Source: an uncultured Micromonosporaceae bacterium (GTDB lineage: Bacteria > Actinomycetota > Actinomycetes > Mycobacteriales > Micromonosporaceae). From it: a stretch of DNA of 64,000 nt. Both the position numbers and the translations under genes were made by a program. The notes beneath the pieces were generated by a model that did not search any database, was not told where the DNA came from, and worked only from the letters and a program-made list of their open reading frames with translations. Of the stretch, positions 50,301 through 59,330 are shown in pieces (the first letter of the stretch is position 1; every line of letters starts with the position of its first letter). The DNA is taken from the NCBI GenBank assembly GCA_964438855.1, contig CAYTMR010000001.1, positions 24,343 through 88,342 of the forward strand. Direction: 5' to 3'.

Positions 50301-51419
50301 ATGCTTGACCGATTCACGTTGTCCCGTCGTCGCCTCTTCCAGCTCGGCATGCTGGCGGGCGCGGGTGGCCTCGCGGCTGCATGCGCCAGCCCGGAAGGCG
50401 GTTCCCGCGGCCGTAGCGGCGGAGGGAACGATCAATACAGCACCATCCGCTCGACCGCGATCTCCTTCATCTGGGCCCCGTTCCTCGTCGCCGAACAAAA
50501 GAACTACTTCGCCGAGGAGGGTCTGTCCCAGGTCGGCAACGTCGCTGGCCAGGGCGTGGTGGCGAACATCGTGATCGCCGGAGACGCCGACTTCGTCATT
50601 GGCTCCCCAATGGACACCATCAAGTCCACCGTGGTCGGCCAGCCGCTGATCAGCTTCTGTTGTATGGTGACGACCCTGGCGACCAACATCGTGATCACTG
50701 ACGAGGCGTTCACCCAGGCCGGCCTCACCGAGTCCAGCACGCCGGAAGAACGGGCCGCGGCCATGCGTGGATTGCGGTTGGCGTCCACCGGGGTGGCCAG
50801 CACGCCGGACCTGCTGATCCGCTACGCCGCCAGCAATCTGGGTGGACTGGATCCGGATACCGATGTGCAGATCACCCCGATCCAGGGCGGTGGCTCCGCC
50901 ATGTTGGCGGCGGTCATGAACGGTCAGATCGATGGGATGGCGATCTCCTCCCCCCTCTCTGACCAGGCAATTCATGAGCTCGGCATGCGGTACCTGTTCA
51001 ACATGGCCGAGGACCCCATCCGGGATCTGATCGGTTTCCCCTACATCGTGGCCTCCTGCACCAAGGAATTCCTGGAGGCCAACCCGGATGCCATCGCCGC
51101 GTACTGCCGGTCGATCCAACGCGCGCTCAACTTCATCCAGGCGGAGAAGGACGAGTTCCGGGAACTGCTGGGCGGTCTCTTCACCGACATCGACCCCGAG
51201 GTCTACAACGCCGCCTTCGAGGCCAACTACCCGATCTACGGGCGAACCATCACCCCCACGAACGGGCAGTTCAACCAGGCCAAAGAGTTCGTCATCAACG
51301 CATTCGAGATCAACGGGAGCCTCACCGAGGCGGAGGCCACCCGCAAGATCACCTTCGACGACGCGTGGAACGCCGCCATCGCGGAAGAAGCGCAGGCCGA
51401 AGTCGGCACCTCGTACTGA
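50301..51419 (+). CDS. ABC substrate-binding lipoprotein (NitT/TauT/SsuA-NMT1 type), Tat signal
   Basis: SRRRLF twin-arginine motif, LAAAC lipobox, NYFAEEGL. Confidence 0.88.
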   Translation: MLDRFTLSRRRLFQLGMLAGAGGLAAACASPEGGSRGRSGGGNDQYSTIRSTAISFIWAPFLVAEQKNYFAEEGLSQVGNVAGQGVVANIVIAGDADFVIGSPMDTIKSTVVGQPLISFCCMVTTLATNIVITDEAFTQAGLTESSTPEERAAAMRGLRLASTGVASTPDLLIRYAASNLGGLDPDTDVQITPIQGGGSAMLAAVMNGQIDGMAISSPLSDQAIHELGMRYLFNMAEDPIRDLIGFPYIVASCTKEFLEANPDAIAAYCRSIQRALNFIQAEKDEFRELLGGLFTDIDPEVYNAAFEANYPIYGRTITPTNGQFNQAKEFVINAFEINGSLTEAEATRKITFDDAWNAAIAEEAQAEVGTSY

Positions 51420-51461
51420 TCCCTCTACGCGGGCACTGACCCATTCCACCGATGTAGGAGC

Positions 51462-52553
51462 ATGCACGTGAACACAGTCGTTCCTGGGATGGATACGCAC
51501 AGCATCAAGAACCTCTCCGATCTGGCTGTCCACGCCCGCCGCGGTGCCCGGGGTGCGGTCTGGGACTTTCTCGAAGGTGGCGCCGGCACCGAGCGGACCG
51601 TGGCGGCGAACGTGGAAGAGTTCAACCGGTGGGTGTTCCGGCCACGGATCCTCACCGGTAGCCAGCCGCCGTCGCTGGAGACCACGTACCTCGGTTGGTC
51701 GCTGCGGATGCCGGTCGCGACCGCCCCCTTCGGGGCCGACGGGCTGTTCCACCCCGACGGCCAGCTGGCCGTGGCCGCCGCCGCGCAGGACGTCGGCGCG
51801 TTGGCGATAGCGCCGCATGTGTCGACTCATTCATTGGAGCGGATCCGGGAAGCGGCACCGGAGGCGGCACTCATGTTCCAGCTGCACCCGGTAGGAAGCC
51901 TGAAGAACTTCCGGCGACTGGTCAAGCGGGCGGAGAACGCCGGATACCGCGGACTGGTGATCACCGCCGACTGCCCGACCGCGGGCTACCGCGATCGAGT
52001 GTTGGCCAACCAGTTCGTCTACGAGGACGTCATGCGGGGCAATTACGAGGGTGCGGACGAGTACGCCGAGGAGATGTTCGGCGAGTTCCGCACCATGAGC
52101 CAGCCGCTGTGGACCTTCGATTACCTGGCGGAAGCGCTGAGTGAAACGTCGTTGCCGGTCGTCATCAAAGGAGTGATGACGGCGGAGGACGCCGAACTCA
52201 GCGCCAAGATGGGTGCTGCGGGAGTGATCGTCAGTAACCACGGCGGGCGTCAGCTCGACTGCGCGCCGGCGGCGCTACGTCAGCTTCCCGAGGTCGTGGA
52301 GGCGGTGGGAGGACGGATCAGCGTCGCGCTGGACGGAGGGATCCGGCGAGGCACCGACGTGCTGAAGGCGCTCGCGCTCGGCGCCGACCTCGTCGTGGTG
52401 GGGCGGTTGGCGGCGATGGGCCTGTGCGCGGGTGGGCGGGCAGGCGTGCGGCGCGCACTCGAAATGCTGGCCGCCGAGATGATCAAGTCGCTAGCGCTGT
52501 TGGGACGCTCCGGTGTCACCGACATCGACCGGTCGATGGTCATGCCCGCATGA
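51462..52553 (+). CDS. FMN-dependent alpha-hydroxy acid oxidase/dehydrogenase
   Basis: FRPRIL, PVVIKG, VSNHGGRQLD, DGGIRRGTDVLKALALGA. Confidence 0.93.
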   Translation: MHVNTVVPGMDTHSIKNLSDLAVHARRGARGAVWDFLEGGAGTERTVAANVEEFNRWVFRPRILTGSQPPSLETTYLGWSLRMPVATAPFGADGLFHPDGQLAVAAAAQDVGALAIAPHVSTHSLERIREAAPEAALMFQLHPVGSLKNFRRLVKRAENAGYRGLVITADCPTAGYRDRVLANQFVYEDVMRGNYEGADEYAEEMFGEFRTMSQPLWTFDYLAEALSETSLPVVIKGVMTAEDAELSAKMGAAGVIVSNHGGRQLDCAPAALRQLPEVVEAVGGRISVALDGGIRRGTDVLKALALGADLVVVGRLAAMGLCAGGRAGVRRALEMLAAEMIKSLALLGRSGVTDIDRSMVMPA

Positions 52554-52569
52554 TGGGGAAGGACTGACC

Positions 52570-53397
52570 GTGCCTGTCAACCACGATAACGGCGGTAGCC
52601 GCTCAGTAGTGCTGGCGGCCAAGGGCGCCCAGATGACCTACACCAGCCGACAAGGGCCAGTGACCGCTCTGTCTAGAGTGGATTTAGAGGTCCGGGAAGG
52701 AGAATTCGTCGCCCTGCTCGGCCCGTCCGGCTGTGGAAAATCCACGTTGCTGAACATGGTCGCCGGGCTGATCAAGCCCACCAAAGGCGAGATCCTCTAC
52801 CGGGGCGCCACACTCACTGGGCCGAACACCAACATCGGTTACATGACCCAGCGGGACTCGATCCTGCCGTGGCGCACCGTAGCGCAGAACATCGCCCTCC
52901 CACTGCAGATCCGCAGGGTGCCGAAGAAGGAACGCACCCAGCGGGTGGCCCAGTACGTGGAGATGGTGGGGCTGACGGGGTTCGAGCACGCCTACCCCTC
53001 CGCGCTCTCCGGTGGCATGCGCAAGCGGGTCGGGCTGGCCCAGGCGATGGTCTACGAGCCGGAGACATTGCTGCTGGACGAACCGTTCGGTGCCCTGGAC
53101 GCGATCCTCCGGCTCCGGATGCAGGCGGAGCTGCTCGCGTTGATCGACAAGCTGGGGGCGACCGTCCTGTTCGTGACGCACGACATGGACGAGGCGATCA
53201 CGCTGGCTGACCGCGTCGTCGTGATGAGTGCGCGGCCAGCCAGGATAGTCGATGACATCAATGTTTCTCTGCCGCGCCCTCGCAACCTGGAAGAGCTGCA
53301 GTTTCAACCCGAGTACCAGGAAGTCCGGCGCCGGGTGTGGAGAAACCTGAGCCGGGAGATCCAGGCCGGCCAGAAAGAGAGCAACCATCATGAGTGA
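52570..53397 (+). CDS. NitT/TauT ABC ATP-binding protein
   Basis: GPSGCGKST, LSGGMRKR, LLDEPFGALD. Confidence 0.95.
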   Translation: MPVNHDNGGSRSVVLAAKGAQMTYTSRQGPVTALSRVDLEVREGEFVALLGPSGCGKSTLLNMVAGLIKPTKGEILYRGATLTGPNTNIGYMTQRDSILPWRTVAQNIALPLQIRRVPKKERTQRVAQYVEMVGLTGFEHAYPSALSGGMRKRVGLAQAMVYEPETLLLDEPFGALDAILRLRMQAELLALIDKLGATVLFVTHDMDEAITLADRVVVMSARPARIVDDINVSLPRPRNLEELQFQPEYQEVRRRVWRNLSREIQAGQKESNHHE

Positions 53398-54217
53398 GGT
53401 TTCGAGCCCAAGCCGGCCGCTGGAGGCTGGCTCGTCATCTCTCTTCACCAAGCGGCGGTTGGGGAGCCGACGGCTTCTGATCCTGCTGGGCCAGGTAGTG
53501 GTGTTGGTGCTCTGGCTCACCTCCTGGGAGTGGATGTCCGGGCGGGTGATCGATCCGTTCTTCTCCAGCTCTCCGTCGGCGATCGCCAACCAGCTGTACG
53601 AGTGGTTCTCCACCGGCACCATCTGGGTCCATCTGCTCATCACCCTTCGGGAGTTCGGCATCGGGCTGCTGTTGGGGGGAACCGCGGGAGTGCTGGTCGG
53701 CTTCACTCTGGGCCGGCTGCCCACGACGGCGGCGATCCTCAACCCCTTCGTCACCGTGGTCTACAGCCTGCCGAAACTCGCGCTGGCGCCACTGTTCGTC
53801 CTGTGGTTCGGGATCGGGCTCGGGTCGAAGGTCGTTCTGGTCGCGATGATCTCCTTCTTCCTGATCTTCTACAACACCTTCACCGGAGCCCGGGATGTCG
53901 ATCCGCTGTACATCGACGCGTTGCGCATCATGGGTGCCAGCCGCTTCACCGTGTATCAGCGGGTCATCATCCCCTCTGCGGCGGTATGGGTGATGACAGG
54001 CCTACGGATCGCGGTGCCGCAGGCGGTGATCGGGGCGGTGGTGGGTGAACTGATCTCCTCCAACCAGGGTATCGGTTACATCATCGCCAACGGTGCCGCC
54101 TTCTTTAACACCACTGTGGTCTTGGCAGGAGTCGCGGTGGTGGCGGTGGTCTCGGTCACGCTCTCGCAATTGATCATCGTCCTTGAGCGATGGGCAACCC
54201 GATGGAAGCACAACTGA
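53390..54217 (+). CDS. NitT/TauT ABC permease
   Basis: LPKLALAPLFVLWFGIG, EAA-loop DALRIMGAS, VVGELISSNQGIG. Confidence 0.93.
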   Translation: MSEVSSPSRPLEAGSSSLFTKRRLGSRRLLILLGQVVVLVLWLTSWEWMSGRVIDPFFSSSPSAIANQLYEWFSTGTIWVHLLITLREFGIGLLLGGTAGVLVGFTLGRLPTTAAILNPFVTVVYSLPKLALAPLFVLWFGIGLGSKVVLVAMISFFLIFYNTFTGARDVDPLYIDALRIMGASRFTVYQRVIIPSAAVWVMTGLRIAVPQAVIGAVVGELISSNQGIGYIIANGAAFFNTTVVLAGVAVVAVVSVTLSQLIIVLERWATRWKHN

Positions 54218-55638
54218 GTGGTCACCCGGCCTCGCCTCGAGGCCGGGACGACCGAGACGACGCGGCGAGCGCGACGACCCAACTTGCCCGGTGGGCCGCC
54301 GCGCTCCGCTTCCAGGACCTTTCCCCCCACGTAGTGGAACGGGTCAAGGGACTGCTGTTGGACCACCTGGGGGTAGCGGTGCTGGGCAGCACCCGGGAGC
54401 ACCACCGGCGGTGGCAGACTCTCGAGTGCCAGTTGAGCGGTACGGAGCCGGGCAGCAGCACGGTGGTGGGCACCACGCTACGACTACCGCCGGACCGGGC
54501 GGCGTTCCTCAATGGGGTGGCCGGTTCCTCCGGCCCTAACCTCGACGACGTCTGGCACGGCTCTCTCGGCCACCCCGGGGTGGGGACCTTCCCGGCCCTG
54601 CTGGCGCGCGGGGAAACCATTGACGCCCCTGGGGAACGTCTCATCGAGGCGGCGGTGGTCGGCTACGAGGTGGCCATGCGGATCGGCTCGGCGGTGGGAC
54701 GGTCCGCTTTCGACCGTGGCTGGCATCCCCGTGGGGGCTGCAACACCGCCGGGGCCGCGGTGGCCAGCCTCAAGGTGGCGGGGGAAACCCGACCCGACCG
54801 CTATGCCGCCGCCATCGGGCTGGCGGTCAACGCCGCCGCCGGGGTGGTGGGCGCCGCCTACTTCTCCGACGCCTGGTACGCCTTGTCGGGGCAGGCTTCC
54901 CGAGAAGGTCTCCTCGCGGCGCTGGCCGCCGAGGCGGGTCTGCGCGCAACGGACGAACCGCTGACCGCCGCACGTGGTTACCTCGCCGCCACCTCCGATG
55001 CGCCGGATCCCGACTGCCTGGTCGAAGGGCTGGGTGGGGAACCACTGCTCATGCAGGCGGGGCAGAAACTCTACCCGTCCTCCGGCGCGACCCATGCCGC
55101 TCTGGAAGCCGCGGTAGCGGCCCGCACCCAGCTCGGGTGTCGGCCGGACGAGGTGGCCGAGGTCCACTGCTGGGGCTTCCGGGAAATGGTGGACATCCTG
55201 GGCACCCCCCACCCCGCCACTCCCCTCGCGGCGAGCATGAGCACGCCGTATGTCGTCGCCTGCGGGATCCAGGACGGCACATTCGACCTGTCCCATCTCG
55301 ACCCGGCGCGCCTGCGTGATCCGGCACTCACCCGGCTGCAATCGGTCATCCGGTTGCAGGTGGACGATCGGCTCGACCGGCTTCCTCCTCGTTACCTCGG
55401 TGCCCGGGTGCGGCTGGTGCTGAAGGACGGCCGGGACGCCACCGCCGAGGTGCTCGCCGCGAGCGGGCACGCGGGTAACCCGCTGAGCTTCGACCAGGTC
55501 GCCGACAAGATCCGCAAGCTGTTGGCGGGGGTGGCTCCCCCGGTCGACGTGGAGGCGCTGGTGGCGCAGACCGCGCAGTTGCCGCACCACACGGTCGCCA
55601 CGATCATGCGATGCGTACGTCCGGTGGCGCCGGACTGA
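54190..55638 (+). CDS. MmgE/PrpD family protein
   Basis: LDDVWHGSLGHPG, VVGYEV, RGWHP, KLYPS.GATH, GHAGNPLS; start uncertain. Confidence 0.9.
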   Translation: MGNPMEAQLSGHPASPRGRDDRDDAASATTQLARWAAALRFQDLSPHVVERVKGLLLDHLGVAVLGSTREHHRRWQTLECQLSGTEPGSSTVVGTTLRLPPDRAAFLNGVAGSSGPNLDDVWHGSLGHPGVGTFPALLARGETIDAPGERLIEAAVVGYEVAMRIGSAVGRSAFDRGWHPRGGCNTAGAAVASLKVAGETRPDRYAAAIGLAVNAAAGVVGAAYFSDAWYALSGQASREGLLAALAAEAGLRATDEPLTAARGYLAATSDAPDPDCLVEGLGGEPLLMQAGQKLYPSSGATHAALEAAVAARTQLGCRPDEVAEVHCWGFREMVDILGTPHPATPLAASMSTPYVVACGIQDGTFDLSHLDPARLRDPALTRLQSVIRLQVDDRLDRLPPRYLGARVRLVLKDGRDATAEVLAASGHAGNPLSFDQVADKIRKLLAGVAPPVDVEALVAQTAQLPHHTVATIMRCVRPVAPD

Positions 55639-55649
55639 TCAACTGGCCG

Positions 55650-55790
55650 GAGGCGGCCGAGACCCGGTTGCGACGGATCCGCCTGACCGGTCTGGGCTGC
55701 CGGATCGGCGGCAACGCCGAAGAGCGTACAGCCAAGGTGTTCCTCGCCGAGCCGGATTCCGGCACCGTACTGGTCCGGTACCGCCGGTGG
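55650..55790 (+). pseudogene. Internal fragment of a YehQ/SWIM-domain-type gene
   Basis: AETRLRRIRLTGLGCRIGGNAEERTAKVFLAEPDSGTVLVRYRRW resembles the middle of YehQ-like proteins; no start or RBS. Confidence 0.55.
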
Positions 55791-56020
55791 CCGGTCGGCT
55801 GGACGAGCGGTTCCTCTCCTTGCGCACCGGCTTCGCCGGGGAGGTCATGCAGAAGTTCGTGAACTACCAGCTGCGCCTGGCGGTGGTCGGTGCCATCTCC
55901 CGCCACCTGGCCGCCAGCTCGGCCCTGACCGCCCTGGTCCAGGAGTCGAACCAGGATAGTCAGGTGTGGTTCGTCCCCAACCTGGAAACGCTCGACTCCC
56001 GGTTGCGGACCCTGACCTGA
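55787..56020 (+). pseudogene. C-terminal fragment of a DUF4180 protein
   Basis: LDERFLSLRTGFAGEVMQKFVNYQLRLAVVG...ESN; N-terminal portion missing. Confidence 0.7.
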
Positions 56021-56091
56021 GCGCCCGCCCCGCGGGGCGCCCCGTCTCCGGTTCACGGCGACGGGGAGCGTCGGTGGGTGCGGCTAGGGTC

Positions 56092-56634
56092 GTGACGGTG
56101 ACCACACTGTCTCAGCTACGCAAGGCGGCGCTCGCCCTACCGGAGGCCGAGGAAAGCAGCCGCTCCGACCTGATCGTGTTCTCCGTCCACGGCCAGACGT
56201 TCGCCACGGCCACCGCAGCCGGTTGGGTGCAACTGCACCTGCCGGACCGCGAAGTCGAGGCGGCGCTGGCCGCGCATCCGCGTGGGGAGCGCCTGGTTCA
56301 GGACGGCCGACCGACCGGGTTCCAGATCCCGCTGGCCGACATCAACGGCAAAGACCTCAATGCGTGGGTCCGCAAGGCGTGGTCCCATCGGGCACCGGAA
56401 CGGTTGGCGGCCGCGTACGCGGCCGCGGAGGCGGGCATCGCGCCGCCCGGCGCCGATCTGCCACCGGCCATCGGCAAGCCCGCCACTCGGGCCCTGCTCG
56501 GAGCCGGGCTGTTCACCCTCGCCCAGATCGCCACCCGCACGGAGGAGGAGCTGCTGGCCCTGCACGGGGTCGGCCCCAGGGCCGTACGCATCCTGGCCGA
56601 GGCCCTGGCGCAACAAGGAAAGTCGTTCCGGTAG
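56092..56634 (+). CDS. MmcQ/YjbR-like domain fused to C-terminal helix-hairpin-helix
   Basis: ALALPEAEE..FSVHGQTFA, AWSHRAP; IGKPATRAL..LLALHGVGPRAVRIL. Confidence 0.75.
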   Translation: MTVTTLSQLRKAALALPEAEESSRSDLIVFSVHGQTFATATAAGWVQLHLPDREVEAALAAHPRGERLVQDGRPTGFQIPLADINGKDLNAWVRKAWSHRAPERLAAAYAAAEAGIAPPGADLPPAIGKPATRALLGAGLFTLAQIATRTEEELLALHGVGPRAVRILAEALAQQGKSFR

Positions 56635-56821
56635 CGAGGCCCCGCGGAGCGGTTCGTAAGCGAACGCACCCGGTTGGCGACGGTCACCGATGTGACCGGC
56701 GGGGATGACGGCGGGGCGGCGATGGCGTAGCGTAGCCGCGTGCAGCCGGGCGGGCGGCGTTGACCGCCTGGGTACCGTGCTGCAGGCCGGCGGGTACGGC
56801 GATCGATATGGAGGATGGCGC

Positions 56822-58027
56822 ATGTCCTACGGTGAGGATCTGTTCACGCCACGTGACGATCTGGCGAGTCGGCGGCAGTTTGAGACCGCCCTGCGCGGCT
56901 ACGACAAGCGGCAGGTCGACCAGCATCTCGCCGAGATGGACAATGAGCTATTAGCCGTCATCGCGGATCGGGATCGCGCCCTCAACCAAGTCCAGCAGCT
57001 GGCCACCCAACTGGAGCACGCCCAGGCGGAGCTGACCGAGTTGCGCCAGCGGCCACCGCAGATCGAGCGGGCCTCGTTCCGGGACCTGGGGCCGACCGTG
57101 GACCAGATCCTGGCCCTGGCCGAGAAGCAGGCCAAGGAGATCACCGACCAGGCTGCCCAGCGCGCCGCCGAACTGCAAGCGGAGGCGGAGAAGACCTTGG
57201 CCGACGCGCAGCAACAGGCCGAGTGGCTGCGGGCCGACAGTGAAGCCGCCCGGGAGCAGGCCGAAGCGGAGGCGAAGCGGATCAGCGAGCAGGCCGCTCA
57301 GCATGCGCAACGGACCCGCTCCGAGGCGGAGGCGGCGCTGGAAGCGGCCCGCTCCCAAGCCCGCCAGGAGATCGAGAACGCCCGGGCGCAGACCCAGCAG
57401 GAGGTGCAGGCCCGGCAGCAGAAGCTGGCCCAGTTGCAGGAGGAGCTGGAAGCCACCCAGGAGCAGCTGGACAAAACCCGGCAAGAGGCGGCCGCGGCGG
57501 AGCGGGAAGTCACCCAGCTACAGGAGCGCCTCGACGACGTCGGAAAGGAACTGGCGGCGGAGCTGGCTCGGCTCGATCAGGCACGCCGGTCGGCGGACGC
57601 GGCGGAGCGGCGGGCCAAGGAGACCCGGGCGAGGGTGCAGCGGGAGGCGGAGCGGGTGGCGCAGCTCGCCGCGGCCGCGGTGATGGCGGCAGCGGCCCGG
57701 GGCGCTGAAACCGGCGAATACCCGGTGGTGGTGCCGCGGCAGGCCACCTCCGCCGAGGACTCCCCCGACCCGGCGGCCACACCCACGGAGCCGAGCGCCC
57801 TGAGCAACCCGACTCCCCCGACCGGCCTGCCCACCGCCGGCACCGGTGGTCTGTCCAGCACCGACACCGGTGACCTACCCAGCGTCGGCGCCGGAGGCCT
57901 ATCCAGCAGCGACACCGGCAGCCTGGCCAGCACGGGCAACGGTGACCTCCCTAGTACCGGCAGCGGCTTCGGCCCGTACGACACCCAGCCGTTGCGGACG
58001 ATCCGAGAGAACGGCACCCACGAGTAG
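56822..58027 (+). CDS. Long coiled-coil protein with DivIVA-like N-terminus (FilP/AbpS-like)
   Basis: FETALRGYDKRQVD, SFRDLGPTVDQILALAEKQA, Ala/Gln/Glu heptads, low-complexity tail. Confidence 0.75.
   Translation: MSYGEDLFTPRDDLASRRQFETALRGYDKRQVDQHLAEMDNELLAVIADRDRALNQVQQLATQLEHAQAELTELRQRPPQIERASFRDLGPTVDQILALAEKQAKEITDQAAQRAAELQAEAEKTLADAQQQAEWLRADSEAAREQAEAEAKRISEQAAQHAQRTRSEAEAALEAARSQARQEIENARAQTQQEVQARQQKLAQLQEELEATQEQLDKTRQEAAAAEREVTQLQERLDDVGKELAAELARLDQARRSADAAERRAKETRARVQREAERVAQLAAAAVMAAAARGAETGEYPVVVPRQATSAEDSPDPAATPTEPSALSNPTPPTGLPTAGTGGLSSTDTGDLPSVGAGGLSSSDTGSLASTGNGDLPSTGSGFGPYDTQPLRTIRENGTHE
57821..57964 (+). repeat. Six degenerate 24-bp tandem repeats (8-aa GxLxSxx[T/A/N/S])
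   Basis: TGLPTAGT-GGLSSTDT-GDLPSVGA-GGLSSSDT-GSLASTGN-GDLPSTGS. Confidence 0.8.
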
Positions 58028-58089
58028 CTGACCGGAGGAAACCGCCGTATCGATACAGTCACGGTCGGGATTGTTCTATAACCGCACAC

Positions 58090-59202
58090 ATGCCGCTCGT
58101 GGACTACGGGACGATCGGTCGCCGGATAGCTGACGCCCGTGGGCGGGCCGGCCTTACCCAGGAGGAGCTTGCGCGTGCGATCGGACTCGACCGCAGCGCC
58201 CTCGCGAAGATCGAAACCGGCATTCGCCGGGTGACCGCCTTGGAGCTAGCTCGGATCGTCGACCAGACCGGGGAGCGGTTCGAGTGGTTCGTGCGGGAAC
58301 CATCAGCGGCAGTCCATTCGTACCGATCAGGTACGGGCAGCACCACCACGTCTTCCATCGACCGGATGCTGGAGCAGATCGCCCGCGACGTAGCACTGGT
58401 GCAGTCCCTCCAAGGGATCGAGGTCGCTCCGATCGAGCCGTACCCACAGCCGAAGACGCCGGCCGAGGCGGCCCACCTGGCTCAGGAGGCGCGCCGTCTG
58501 CTCCGCCTGCCGCAACCCGGCCCGATCATCGATCTCGTCACCCCCTTGGCGGACCTAGGACTGTTCGCCTTCTCCGCTGATCTGGGCGCGGACGCCCCCG
58601 ACGCGGCCACCACGCTGCTCCACCCCGGTGGGGTGAGCGTCATCAACTCGGACCGGGCCGTGGGCCGCCGGCGGCTGGCCCTAGCGCACGCGCTAGGGCA
58701 CTACCTGCTCGCCGATGAGTACACCATCGACTGGCGGGTCGGTGTCGAGCTGCACGACCAGGACCGGGAATACCTGCTGGATGTATTCGCTCGGGCGCTG
58801 CTCCTTCCTGCAGAATCACTCATCCAACGTTGGAAGAAACTGACCGATACGGAATCGCTCCGCACCGCCGCCGTTCGGATCACGAGCGAATACCGGGTAG
58901 ACATGTCCACCCTGGCAGCCCGATTAGCAGACCTGAACCTCGCTGAGGAGGATGAGCTCGACCGCATCCGCACGTTCCGCACCACCCGCGCCGACATTAT
59001 CGAGCATGACCTGGTGGTGACGCATGACCTGGCAGGGACGACCTTGCCACGGCGCTACGAGAAGGCGGTCCTGGCGCTCTACCGCGCCGAACGTATCAGC
59101 CCCGAATGCGCCATCGACCTCCTACAGGGGACGATCGACGAAAGTGGACTCCCCGATCTGCCACCTGCACACGAGAACGAGATCTGGAAGTTCATCTCGT
59201 GA
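58090..59202 (+). CDS. XRE-family HTH + ImmA/IrrE metallopeptidase-like domain (HExxH degenerate)
   Basis: GLTQEELARAIGLDRSALAKIETG; RRRLALAHALGH; FARALLLP. Confidence 0.88.
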   Translation: MPLVDYGTIGRRIADARGRAGLTQEELARAIGLDRSALAKIETGIRRVTALELARIVDQTGERFEWFVREPSAAVHSYRSGTGSTTTSSIDRMLEQIARDVALVQSLQGIEVAPIEPYPQPKTPAEAAHLAQEARRLLRLPQPGPIIDLVTPLADLGLFAFSADLGADAPDAATTLLHPGGVSVINSDRAVGRRRLALAHALGHYLLADEYTIDWRVGVELHDQDREYLLDVFARALLLPAESLIQRWKKLTDTESLRTAAVRITSEYRVDMSTLAARLADLNLAEEDELDRIRTFRTTRADIIEHDLVVTHDLAGTTLPRRYEKAVLALYRAERISPECAIDLLQGTIDESGLPDLPPAHENEIWKFIS

Positions 59203-59330
59203 GGGAGGCGTACGTCTTCGACACAGGGCCGCTGAGCCACTTCGCCGAGGCCGGCTGGCTGAAGATTCTCCAGGTGGTGACCGGGGACCGGTAGCGCTGA
59301 TCCCTGAACTGGTCTACGACGAACTTTCCG
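59199..59330 (+). pseudogene. Truncated, frameshifted PIN-like nuclease gene
   Basis: GTGA overlap; MREAYVFDTGPLSHFAEAGWLKIL...[frameshift near 59291]...ALIPELVYDEL, then runs into the clpP 3' end. Confidence 0.65.

Noticed and set aside
57821-57964. Possible CRISPR-like array
   Set aside because: Degenerate in-frame coding repeats with no spacers; no cas genes in the window
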